From IMG/VR virus record IMGVR_UViG_3300045988_144682: a stretch of DNA of 64,000 nt; one strand, 5' to 3'. The number at the start of each line of letters is the position of its first letter. Position 1 is the stretch's first letter. The notes beneath the pieces were generated by a model, which saw only the letters and a program-made list of their open reading frames with translations, was not told the origin of the DNA and searched no databases. The stretch comes from a virus. The position numbers were made by a program, and so were the translations under genes. Shown here piece by piece: positions 1 through 8,995 of this stretch.

Positions 1-7
1 TTTAAAA

Positions 8-1867
8 ATGGCGTTACGTTCACAGAATCCAGGACTTGATAGAACTGATAGAATTATTAAAAACAATTATACATTTGAGTATAATGGCGATTTTACATCT
101 ATAAATGATGTTGTGTTGCAAGGCTTTTCAATGGGGCATTTTCAGTCAAAATGGATTGATAAGATCGTGAATAAAAAGCGAAAGATGTATGATATCCAGA
201 ATATGCCATTTTCTGAAATGCAACCAAACAAAAAAATAGCAAAGTGGCTTGATGAGTTCACATTGATGGATGATGAAAGAACTGTAAAGCTGAATGATGC
301 TCAGAAAGCAGATCTGAATCTATTTATTCAGAAACCGTATAGCTTCATACAGTGGGAACAAGGAAGTGGTAAAACATTCGCCGGAATTGCAATAGGTAAA
401 TATCGTTTGCAACACGATCATGTGAAAAATGTGTTTATTGTGAGTACGGCAATCTCAATCAAGAACAACTGGCAGGATGTATTGGATCAGTACGGTATTG
501 ATTTTGTTATGATTGAAAGCCTTGCAGATATTCAAAATATCAAAGAAGGTCAGTTTGTAATTATCACTTTAAATATGATGTGTAAATATCATAAATTCAT
601 CAAGCGATATGTAAAATCAATCTGCCAGAAAGCCGTTTTGATTTTTGACGAGTCGGATAATATGAGTAATCAGGACAGTAAACGGACAAAAGCCGTATTA
701 AATGCTTTTCGCCGGTTGAAGTATAAAACACTGATGACGGGTACAAGCACAAGGAATAATATCACTGAAATTTATCCTCAGTTTGAATTATTGTACAACA
801 ATTCTATCAATATGTTGTCTGAATGTGAGTATATTATGGAACGCAACAAAGATGGAGAACTGGAAGATCAGATAAATGAATATTATTTACAGCCATATCC
901 AGCATATCGTAAGGGTAGTAAGTTATTTGCAGCGAGTCATATTCCAGAGAAAATCACTGTATTTGGCGTATCTCAGTTCACACAAGATATTCTTAATGCA
1001 GACATTTTGAAACAGATGATTGATAAGACGATTATCACACGTACATTTGAAGAAATTACTGGCAAACAGCTTTATGAGATTAAACAGATTGCTTGTGAAA
1101 TGGGAGAAGAAGAGAAGCGTCTGTATAAGGTTGCATTGGATGAGTTCTATAAAATGGAATATCTGTTTGCGAAAACTGGGAACAGCCGGAAAGATGCAAT
1201 GCTGAAAATTTTGAATCAGTTGCTTGCACTTTTGAAGATTTGCGCTGCGCCTCAGACGTTGAGAGAGTACAATCAGTCGATAATGCCGGAAAAATTCAAA
1301 ACTGTATTATCACTTTTAGACGAATTTTCTGATGAAAGAGTTGCTATTGGTGTGCGTCATATTTCAGTAGTAAATGCATATGCAAAGGAAATCAGAAAAG
1401 CGTTTCCGGGCAGACCTATATTTGTGATTACTGGAAATGAAACTACATTGAAACAGAGAAAGAAAATTGTCAAAGAGTTAAAAGAAACAACAAACGGAAT
1501 TCTGATAAGCACACAGCAGAGCTTATCTGCAAGTATGAATATTGATTTTGTGAATAAGTGTATTATTCCAGAATTGCACTGGAACAACTCTAGCATGAGT
1601 CAGTATTATTTCCGCTTTATTCGTTATACTTCAACGGAATTCAAGCAAGTGTATTTTGTAACTTATGAGAATAGTATTGAAAGCAATCTGTTAAAAATGA
1701 TTCTTGTAAAAGACAAATTGAATCTGTTTATGAAGGATCAGGATTTGACAGACGATGAACTATATGAACGTTTTGGAGTGGATAGTAATATGCTGCAGAA
1801 CCTCATGTACAAAGAAAAAACGGAAGAAGGTTATGTAATAAGATGGGGAAATCAAAAAGTATCGTAA
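8..1867 (+). CDS. SNF2-family (superfamily 2) helicase/ATPase
   Basis: 619-aa ORF with Walker A-like QGSGKT, DExD-like IFDESDN, motif III MTGTS and a C-terminal helicase lobe. Motif recall only. Confidence 0.8.
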   Translation: MALRSQNPGLDRTDRIIKNNYTFEYNGDFTSINDVVLQGFSMGHFQSKWIDKIVNKKRKMYDIQNMPFSEMQPNKKIAKWLDEFTLMDDERTVKLNDAQKADLNLFIQKPYSFIQWEQGSGKTFAGIAIGKYRLQHDHVKNVFIVSTAISIKNNWQDVLDQYGIDFVMIESLADIQNIKEGQFVIITLNMMCKYHKFIKRYVKSICQKAVLIFDESDNMSNQDSKRTKAVLNAFRRLKYKTLMTGTSTRNNITEIYPQFELLYNNSINMLSECEYIMERNKDGELEDQINEYYLQPYPAYRKGSKLFAASHIPEKITVFGVSQFTQDILNADILKQMIDKTIITRTFEEITGKQLYEIKQIACEMGEEEKRLYKVALDEFYKMEYLFAKTGNSRKDAMLKILNQLLALLKICAAPQTLREYNQSIMPEKFKTVLSLLDEFSDERVAIGVRHISVVNAYAKEIRKAFPGRPIFVITGNETTLKQRKKIVKELKETTNGILISTQQSLSASMNIDFVNKCIIPELHWNNSSMSQYYFRFIRYTSTEFKQVYFVTYENSIESNLLKMILVKDKLNLFMKDQDLTDDELYERFGVDSNMLQNLMYKEKTEEGYVIRWGNQKVS

Positions 1868-2253
1868 AGAAACAACCATATATAAGGAAAGAAATATATT
1901 CCATTGATGAAGTGTATAACGCTGTAAAAGATGGACTCTTTGAAGAGAAAAAGACATTTGTTGATATGGATGGAGATATGATTAAAGCAAATAGTCAGAG
2001 ATATCAGACGTTTTTCACAAAAGGAATTAAGTGTTGCCGGTGTGGAATCGAAGGTAGATATTTTGCAAAAGAGAAAAATCCGAATGCAAGAAGATATCAT
2101 TTGAATCTGTATGCGGTAGATCAAGATGGGGAAGAAGTGATGATGACAAAAGATCATATCATCCCCGTTTCCAAAGGTGGCAAGAATACGCTTGAAAATT
2201 ACCAGACAATGTGCAGAAAATGCAACGTGCAAAAGGGGAATAAATTGGTTTGA
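1843..2253 (+). CDS. HNH endonuclease
   Basis: 136-aa ORF with HNH core DHIIPVSKGGKNTLENYQTMCRKCNVQKG and an upstream CCRCG knuckle. Overlaps the helicase 3' end by 25 nt. Confidence 0.85.
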   Translation: MGKSKSIVKKQPYIRKEIYSIDEVYNAVKDGLFEEKKTFVDMDGDMIKANSQRYQTFFTKGIKCCRCGIEGRYFAKEKNPNARRYHLNLYAVDQDGEEVMMTKDHIIPVSKGGKNTLENYQTMCRKCNVQKGNKLV

Positions 2254-2666
2254 CATATGATAGAGAAAATATGCGATGGATAGAATACACAAAACTATCT
2301 AATGGACAATCGGCGGTAATCTGTTTTGATAAGAACTATAGACATGAAATAGGAAGTGGATATGATTATGCAGTTGCTTTTGCTATTGCTAATAAAAAGA
2401 AAGTTTTAAGGCAGTGGCTTAATAGTGACGGTTACGGCGATTTAGATATGACAACAACTGGGAAATGTGGTGTTGAGGGATTATTGTGGGCTTTTAAAAT
2501 GGTTCGTGAATTTATAGGAACACATATGTATGAAAATGATAGAATCATTGTATATGGTTCAGATGCAAGAAGACAAAAGGTATATAGACATTTTCTCACT
2601 ACTAGATTAGGGTTTGAAGAAATACTTGATCCATATTGGGGAAGATGCCTTGCAAAAAACTTATAA
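2250..2666 (+). CDS. hypothetical protein
   Basis: 138-aa ORF with a TTG start in the track (first ATG at 2271). No recognisable motif. Confidence 0.55.
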   Translation: MTYDRENMRWIEYTKLSNGQSAVICFDKNYRHEIGSGYDYAVAFAIANKKKVLRQWLNSDGYGDLDMTTTGKCGVEGLLWAFKMVREFIGTHMYENDRIIVYGSDARRQKVYRHFLTTRLGFEEILDPYWGRCLAKNL

Positions 2667-2683
2667 ACAAACCAAAATAAATG

Positions 2684-2712
2684 TTGACACAATAATAAAA
2701 ATGTGGTATCTT
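2684..2712 (+). promoter_or_regulatory. sigma-70/sigA-type promoter
   Basis: TTGACA at 2684-2689, 17-nt spacer, extended -10 TGgTATCTT at 2704-2712. Lies upstream of the 2761 start. Confidence 0.6.
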
Positions 2713-2760
2713 ATATATAAAGAAAAACACAACTAATAAAAATTCACGGAGGTATTAAAA

Positions 2761-3924
2761 ATGAAGAAATCAACAATCCCTTACACAGTTATGCAGTTAA
2801 AGAAAATGTATGAGAAATCTGGAATCCTGGATTTTGATTGCCCTATTCAGAGAAGATATGGAATGTGGGACGATTATAAAAAGAGTCTGTTACCACATTC
2901 AATGCTTATCGGGTTTGTCATTCCACCATTGTATTTTACAAAAGAAAACAAAGGCACAAGAGATAAAAAGAACAGACCAGTATCTAATTATTCTTGCATT
3001 GACGGTCAGCACAGACTTTGCAGCTTATTCAGTTTTATCAATGATGAGTATGCACTGCATCCAGAAACGCCGGAAGTTGAAATTGATGGAGAAACTTATG
3101 AAATCGCTGGATTGAAATTCTCAGAGCTGCCGGAAGAAATTCAGCAGATGATTAACGGATATGTTTTCACGAATTATAACTTAGAAGAATGCACAGATGA
3201 AGAAATCGAGGAAATGTTCTTTAGACTGAATAACGGATCTGGATTAAGTAAAACTCAGATTGCCAATGTAAAACTGGGTATGAATCTGGCAAAATTTGTT
3301 AAAGAGATTCTTGCCGGAAAGTTCTTTGAAGATGTTTGTCATTTTACACCAGCTCAGTATCGTAGAGCAGCAGACGAAAAGACACTTTTACAAGCTATGA
3401 TGCTGTTAGATGTAAAAGACGGAGATTACGAACTTACTTCTATCTCAGAAGGTCAGGTAACAAAGTATGCGGAAAAACTGCATGATTCTTATACAGATGA
3501 AAAGCGTGAACGTCTTCTTAAAATTGTTAAGTATCTGGAAGACGGATTCGACCAGAAAGAAAAATTTATGAAGGTTGTAAATATTCCGATTTTCATGTAC
3601 ATGGCAGATGAGGCAATCAACAACGATATTAAAGCAGAAGATTTCTACAAATGGTTTGAGATCTTTGCAGACAAATATAACCCGGATTGTGCCTATGCAC
3701 AGTATTGTTCTACTGGATCTGTCAAGAAAGAGAAGGTGGAGGGAAGAATTTCTGTTATGAGTAAAGATTTCAGAGATTATTTCAAACTTAATGATAACAA
3801 TAATGAGGTAGAAGAAACAGAAATGGAAGAATCTGATGAATCCAGCGAACAGGTTACAGAGTCTAAAACTCCACTGACTGACGATTTCATGGATGATTTA
3901 GATAATGAACTTCCATTTTGCTAA
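2761..3924 (+). CDS. DUF262 / ParB-nuclease-superfamily protein with SSB-like acidic C-terminal tip
   Basis: 387 aa. GGAGG RBS. N-terminal signature FDCPIQRRYGMW ... IDGQHRL. C-terminus DDFMDDLDNELPFC. Confidence 0.75.
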   Translation: MKKSTIPYTVMQLKKMYEKSGILDFDCPIQRRYGMWDDYKKSLLPHSMLIGFVIPPLYFTKENKGTRDKKNRPVSNYSCIDGQHRLCSLFSFINDEYALHPETPEVEIDGETYEIAGLKFSELPEEIQQMINGYVFTNYNLEECTDEEIEEMFFRLNNGSGLSKTQIANVKLGMNLAKFVKEILAGKFFEDVCHFTPAQYRRAADEKTLLQAMMLLDVKDGDYELTSISEGQVTKYAEKLHDSYTDEKRERLLKIVKYLEDGFDQKEKFMKVVNIPIFMYMADEAINNDIKAEDFYKWFEIFADKYNPDCAYAQYCSTGSVKKEKVEGRISVMSKDFRDYFKLNDNNNEVEETEMEESDESSEQVTESKTPLTDDFMDDLDNELPFC

Positions 3925-4009
3925 AAAGATTTGAGCGGTGTATGGTAGGTAAATCCTGCCACGCCGTAAAAATAAATTAAAATCAAACGAAAATAAAGGA
4001 GAATACACA

Positions 4010-4774
4010 ATGAAATTATTTAAAAACAAGAAAACAGGGAAAATGTATGTAACACTTTCAGAGGAAAAAGATTGCCTGGTGGGATTTGATGGAATTCCGT
4101 ATACAGGATCTTCGGACGATGTTGAGGAAGTTTCGACAACAGCATCAGCACAGGATTTTCGCAGATTACATGAAGAGGCAAATGGTTTTTCTATTGGTTG
4201 TAGTGTAAATGTAGAAGATCCTACAAAAGTGACAATAGAAATTACGCATAGTGTAACAAATGAAAATAAAAGAAAATACAAAGTGGGGGATAAGTTTTCG
4301 TTTTCTTTAAAGAATGGAGAAAGTGTGACAGCACTTGCGGTTAAGGAAGAAACGGATGGAATGGTCTTCATCTTTGAAGACTGTTTAAGTAAAGCATACC
4401 CTATGAATGACAATCTGATGGATATGCTCAATAATGAGTTGTATAAATTATTTCCTGATAAGATTCGAGATGCTATGGTTTCTTTTGATGGCAATAGCAT
4501 GATTAGAATTCCAACCGAAAAAGAAATTTTTGGTGTTAATAAATATGGCGAGAAAGAATCTGATGATGTAAAGCAGTTTGAGCCGATGAAAAATAGAAGA
4601 AACAGAATTGCATTTAGGAACAATGAATTTGAATGGTACTGGTTGAAAAACCGTGGTGTTAGGAGTGCGACTCACTTCGCTCTTGTGAACTCCAACGGTA
4701 CTGCGAACATCAGCAGCGCCTCTTATTCTATTGGTGTTCGCCCGCTTTTCAAAATCAGATTTGTAGAAATCTGA
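4010..4774 (+). CDS. hypothetical protein
   Basis: 254-aa ORF with AAGGAG RBS. The C-terminal WYWLKNRGVRSATHFALVNSNG...IGVRPLF pattern resembles a repeat-associated domain of Firmicutes proteins, but this is a weak recollection. Confidence 0.6.
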   Translation: MKLFKNKKTGKMYVTLSEEKDCLVGFDGIPYTGSSDDVEEVSTTASAQDFRRLHEEANGFSIGCSVNVEDPTKVTIEITHSVTNENKRKYKVGDKFSFSLKNGESVTALAVKEETDGMVFIFEDCLSKAYPMNDNLMDMLNNELYKLFPDKIRDAMVSFDGNSMIRIPTEKEIFGVNKYGEKESDDVKQFEPMKNRRNRIAFRNNEFEWYWLKNRGVRSATHFALVNSNGTANISSASYSIGVRPLFKIRFVEI

Positions 4775-4786
4775 AATCTTTAATCT

Positions 4787-4806
4787 TACCGCCATTTATG
4801 GCGGTA
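4787..4806 (+). terminator. stem-loop after the 4010 gene (weak terminator candidate)
   Basis: TACCGCC-ATTTAT-GGCGGTA: 7-bp stem, no clear U-tract. Confidence 0.3.
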
Positions 4807-4847
4807 TGTTAAAGGCTGTAATTAAGAGAATAGGAGCGTAAAAGGAA

Positions 4848-5144
4848 ATGAAGAAAATTCGTAAAATGATTTGCATTGCAACTATTACATTGATGGCTTG
4901 TTTCGCTTGTACGGCTTGTGGGACTACATACTAGGAAGCGGTATCAGAAGAATATGCCACAGATGATAGTATATGTGGAAACTATTTCACAACTATCACG
5001 GAATGGGATGATACCACGGCATATTACAAAATCGCATATGCAAAAGATACTAAAGTGAAATACCTAATTATTGTATCTGGATATAAATTTGGAATAACAC
5101 CATTGTATAACGCCGATGGTACATTACAGGTATATGAAGAATAA
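4848..5144 (+). CDS. putative small lipoprotein interrupted by an in-frame TAG (4932-4934)
   Basis: AAAAGGA RBS. The N-terminus MKKIRKMICIATITLMAC carries a lipobox. The frame stays open through TAG for 70 more codons to TAA at 5142-5144. It is missing from the ORF track because both halves are under 60 aa. Confidence 0.5.
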
Positions 5145-5203
5145 ATAAAAGCAGTTTTTTATCTTAAAATAAATACAATATATAGTATTTTAATGTTAGT
5201 GAA

Positions 5204-5503
5204 ATGCAATATATAGAGTGCGAGGTGTACACAAATATGCAACCTTTTAAAAAATGGAAAGAGGCATCAGATAATAAGTATAAAAGAAGAATGTTCGGTG
5301 TAATCAATAGCTCTAGTGATGAGAAACTGATAGAACTTAACAAAGAATTCTATAATGGAATTGAGTTTGATAGAAGATTAGGAAAAAAGGTTTCTAAAGT
5401 GACTATCGAAATTGACGGGCTAATAAATGAAGAGATGCGTAAAAGAGGGCTTAAAACATGTGACGATATCGAGGAAGATATTTGGTTTAGTCAGCATAGA
5501 TAA
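5204..5503 (+). CDS. hypothetical protein
   Basis: 99-aa ORF with a weak RBS. Confidence 0.45.
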   Translation: MQYIECEVYTNMQPFKKWKEASDNKYKRRMFGVINSSSDEKLIELNKEFYNGIEFDRRLGKKVSKVTIEIDGLINEEMRKRGLKTCDDIEEDIWFSQHR

Positions 5504-5517
5504 TAAAGGAGAAAATT

Positions 5518-6834
5518 ATGAAGTTAGGAAGAATTGTAACAAGTTTATTAGAGAATGATCTGTATAAATTCAGTATGGGACAGGCAATTTATCATCAGTT
5601 CTCAGACTACAAGACAACATGGAGTTTTAAATGCCGGAACAAAGACGTACATTTCACAAAAGAAATGCTGGAAGAAGTCAGAGAGCAGATTAAAGCATAT
5701 TGTGAGCTGCGGTTCACAGAAGACGAACTGAGTTATCTGGACGGTATCAAGTGGATTAAAGGATCTTACGTTGATTTCCTAAGACTCTGGAAACCACGAT
5801 ATGAAGATTTCACAATTACAGATGATGCAGAATGTGGACTTGTCATTGAAACTGCCGGTACATGGTTAAATACTTCTATGTACGAAATCCCGACACTTGC
5901 TATTGTAAATGAAGTGTATTTCAGAATGCAGTATGATTATGATGAGCTGTTAAGTAGCTTCAAGAAAAGACTGGATAACAAGTATGCAAATCTTCGCAAT
6001 GGTCATTGGTATTGTGGCACATTTTCAGAGTTTGGACTTCGCCGGAGATTATCTGCAGAAGCACAGGAACTTGTTGTTGAGAAGTTCTCACACCTGAATG
6101 ATACGGCGCATTGTGCATCAAGATTTATTGGCACTTCAAACGTATTTCTTGCGAAAAAATACGGAGTTACACCAGTTGGCACAATGGCACATGAATGGAT
6201 TATGTGTGTAGGACAGGGAAATCACAAGCACAATCCGGCATATTCTAATTGGTATGCACTTGACGCATGGGTTAAGGAATATGGAGTTTTGAACGGTACA
6301 GCACTGACAGATACAATTACAACCGACTGTTTCTTGGAAGATTTCCAGCTTACATTCGCAACATTGTTTTCTGGCGTTCGTCATGATTCGGGTGATCCGA
6401 TGGTGTGGGGCGAAAAGATGATTAAGCACTATGAAAAACTGGGGATTGATACGAAAACAAAAACATTGCTTTTCTCTGATTCACTGGATTTTGAGAGAGC
6501 AGATAAGATTTGCCGACATTTTTCAAAGAAAGCAAAAGTCGCATTCGGAATCGGCACATATTTGTCAAATGATACTTGCGTAAGTCCACTCAATATCGTT
6601 ATGAAGACTACAAAATGCAATGGTCAGGATGTGGCTAAAATTTCCGATGTTGAAGGAAAGGGAATGTGTAAGAATCCAGAGTATGTGGATTATTTGAGAA
6701 GATCAATTGGTTGGAGAATGGAGTCCTCAAAGAAAGCAGAAATGGACGAAAAACTGACTTCATATTTTAAAAGCAGTTTTACAGGAGAAAAGACACCTGT
6801 TTTAATACAGGGTAGTGGGAAAAGTAGAATGTAA
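5518..6834 (+). CDS. pncB: nicotinate phosphoribosyltransferase
   Basis: 438 aa, collinear with E. coli PncB as I recall it: LLENDLYKFSMGQA, FGLRRR, GTSNV, GTMAHEW, ALTDTITTD, GVRHDSGDP..WGEK...YEKLGID, LLFSD, FGIGT, NIVMK...NG..VAK.SD. Confidence 0.92.
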   Translation: MKLGRIVTSLLENDLYKFSMGQAIYHQFSDYKTTWSFKCRNKDVHFTKEMLEEVREQIKAYCELRFTEDELSYLDGIKWIKGSYVDFLRLWKPRYEDFTITDDAECGLVIETAGTWLNTSMYEIPTLAIVNEVYFRMQYDYDELLSSFKKRLDNKYANLRNGHWYCGTFSEFGLRRRLSAEAQELVVEKFSHLNDTAHCASRFIGTSNVFLAKKYGVTPVGTMAHEWIMCVGQGNHKHNPAYSNWYALDAWVKEYGVLNGTALTDTITTDCFLEDFQLTFATLFSGVRHDSGDPMVWGEKMIKHYEKLGIDTKTKTLLFSDSLDFERADKICRHFSKKAKVAFGIGTYLSNDTCVSPLNIVMKTTKCNGQDVAKISDVEGKGMCKNPEYVDYLRRSIGWRMESSKKAEMDEKLTSYFKSSFTGEKTPVLIQGSGKSRM

Positions 6835-6852
6835 AGAAAGGCGGTATCTGAA

Positions 6853-7596
6853 ATGAGTTTTAATGCAAAAGAAGCAAAAGATAAGTGCGTAGAGTGGATC
6901 AGAGAATGGTTCAAAGAAAATGGGAATCAGTGCAAAGCTGTAATTGGAATCAGTGGAGGTGTTGACTCTTCTGTAGTAGCTGCATTATGTGTGGAAGCAT
7001 TAGGGAAAGAAAGAGTATACGGTGTGTTGATGCCACAGAACAGCCAGGATGACATTGATTATTCTTATGAGTTATGTGAACATCTGGGAATTGAACATTG
7101 TGTTATTGATATTGGTAATACTGTAGAGGATATGTTGACTCTTATGTACATTAAAAGTGGGATTAAAGTTTCTAATCAGACAGAAATAAATATTCCGGCT
7201 AGAGTGAGAATGGTAATGCTGTATGCAATTTCTCAGTCGATTGACGGGCGTGTTGCAAATACATGTAATTTGTCTGAGAACTATGTTGGTTACAGTACAA
7301 AATATGGAGATGCAGCAGGGGACTTTTCGCCACTGGAATCACTGACAAAAACAGAAGTAAAAGCGATTGGTAAAGAACTTGGACTGCCGGAACGTCTGGT
7401 TGTAAAAGTTCCAACTGACGGTTTATGTGGAAAGACAGACGAAGAAAAACTGGGATTTTCATATGATGTACTGGATAAGTATATCAGAACTGGCGAAATT
7501 GAAGACATGCCAAAGAAACGTTCGATTGACACATTGCATATGTTGAATGATTTTAAAATGAAACCTATGGCACATTTTGAGTATACAGGAGAATAG
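6853..7596 (+). CDS. nadE: NH3-dependent NAD+ synthetase
   Basis: 247 aa with PP-loop GISGGVDSS and the downstream YGDAAGDFSPL motif. Ends in TAG, in frame with the next ORF. Confidence 0.88.
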   Translation: MSFNAKEAKDKCVEWIREWFKENGNQCKAVIGISGGVDSSVVAALCVEALGKERVYGVLMPQNSQDDIDYSYELCEHLGIEHCVIDIGNTVEDMLTLMYIKSGIKVSNQTEINIPARVRMVMLYAISQSIDGRVANTCNLSENYVGYSTKYGDAAGDFSPLESLTKTEVKAIGKELGLPERLVVKVPTDGLCGKTDEEKLGFSYDVLDKYIRTGEIEDMPKKRSIDTLHMLNDFKMKPMAHFEYTGE

Positions 7597-7599
7597 CAT

Positions 7600-8001
7600 A
7601 TGAGTAAAAACCACGCAAAAGAACTTTTTGGAAAATTTAATGAGAACACAGATGATTATGACAAGTACATAGACACTGTAAAATATTGCGAATCTATAGA
7701 GGATGAAATTAGATCGGAAGAAAATGTAAAATTTCATGCTAAACTTCGTAGATTAGAAGGTTTGTTAAGTTGTCCTAATTGGAGAGAAAGAAAAAATGAT
7801 ATGTTATCACTTATTCATAAGGTACAGGCAGAGATAGAGCTTAAATATGGGGATTGCATAGCAAAAGAAAGTAAAACAATGTGTTCACAAGTCGGAAAGC
7901 ATATTAAAGGAGAAGATAATGGGAAAAATAATATACGCAGAGAAAATAACTTGTCAGAAGTTTATAAATCTGTTCAAACTTCACGCAAAAACGAAAGATG
8001 A
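7600..8001 (+). CDS. hypothetical protein
   Basis: 133-aa ORF with GGAGA RBS. Its 3' end overlaps the Nudix gene by 83 nt. Confidence 0.5.
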   Translation: MSKNHAKELFGKFNENTDDYDKYIDTVKYCESIEDEIRSEENVKFHAKLRRLEGLLSCPNWRERKNDMLSLIHKVQAEIELKYGDCIAKESKTMCSQVGKHIKGEDNGKNNIRRENNLSEVYKSVQTSRKNER

Positions 8002-8491
8002 AAAAGATATTGAATATATGGTTGCTTCAAGAGCCAAAGAAGTTGATGAACTAAAAGCGATCAATCCAAGTAAACAAGTTGATGCTGTTGCAATTCGTGC
8101 AACAACAGAAGAAGGAAAACTGGTACTTATCAGACAGTACAGATATGCAATCGGTGGTTATATCTATGAACTTCCGGCTGGACTTGTTGACGATGGAGAA
8201 AGTGTTTGTGATGCAGCAATAAGAGAAATGCATGAGGAAACAGGGTTGACACTTGAAATCACAGATTTGCCGATTGGAAATAAGGGTGGTTATTCAAGTG
8301 CCGGAATGACTGACGAAACTTGCACACTTGTAGTAGGCAAGGTAACTGGCGAAATTTCCGATAAATATAAAGAAGCGTCAGAAGAAATTGAAGTATTGCT
8401 TGTAGATAAAAAAGAAGCAGCACGTATCTTAAAAGAAGAAAACGTATGTATCAGATTAGCTCTTGTGCTTATGATGTTTATACATGAGTAG
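7919..8491 (+). CDS. Nudix hydrolase, ADP-ribose pyrophosphatase-like
   Basis: 190 aa with AAAGGAGA RBS. Nudix box GLVDDGESVCDAAIREMHEETGL. The preceding IRQYRY...ELPAG is typical of ADPRases. Confidence 0.8.
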   Translation: MGKIIYAEKITCQKFINLFKLHAKTKDEKDIEYMVASRAKEVDELKAINPSKQVDAVAIRATTEEGKLVLIRQYRYAIGGYIYELPAGLVDDGESVCDAAIREMHEETGLTLEITDLPIGNKGGYSSAGMTDETCTLVVGKVTGEISDKYKEASEEIEVLLVDKKEAARILKEENVCIRLALVLMMFIHE

Positions 8492-8500
8492 GAGGATATT

Positions 8501-8851
8501 ATGAATCTATATGATGGTTGCGAGTCAAATAAAGAAATCATTTATGGTTTTACTTCATTTGATTTTTACGATAAATTAGAAAAACGACAAAATGAAATTT
8601 TATCACAAGGAAAGAAAGTTGTGTTTGTGGAATCAAATACAAGTATTCATTCAGGTGCAAGAGTTGTTATATATTCTGATAAAATTCCCGAAATAATGCA
8701 GAACTATAAACATAGATACGTCAAAATCAATGGTAAGTGGACAAGGAACAGTCTTCTTGGATATTGTGATTGCTGCGGAATGTATACAGAACTTGTATGC
8801 TTAAGTAACAAAGGAAGAACATGTGAAAATTGTTCAGACTGGGATTTCTAA
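8501..8851 (+). CDS. hypothetical Cys-rich protein
   Basis: 116 aa with GGAGG RBS. C-terminal CDCCG...C...CENC cluster. Confidence 0.6.
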   Translation: MNLYDGCESNKEIIYGFTSFDFYDKLEKRQNEILSQGKKVVFVESNTSIHSGARVVIYSDKIPEIMQNYKHRYVKINGKWTRNSLLGYCDCCGMYTELVCLSNKGRTCENCSDWDF

Positions 8852-8942
8852 TAAAACTAAGATTTCAAGAAAAGGAGTGATACAGAAATAGTGCTGGCTC
8901 TACAGAATACAAAGAATTTTATAATTAAACCATAATAAATGG

Positions 8943-8970
8943 TTGACAAATCAAGAAAACATGATATACT
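8943..8970 (+). promoter_or_regulatory. sigA-type promoter
   Basis: TTGACA at 8943-8948, 16-nt spacer, TGaTATACT at 8962-8970. Confidence 0.55.
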
Positions 8971-8995
8971 ATAATCAGAAACGAGGTGATATGAA

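Noticed and set aside
3898-4623. 241-aa minus-strand ORF
   Set aside because: It runs antisense to two well-supported + strand genes, has a low-complexity S/F/L-rich translation and no RBS. The same reasoning applies to the other long antisense ORFs: 9277-9822, 22210-22959, 54820-55320, 59495-59872 and 59898-60260.
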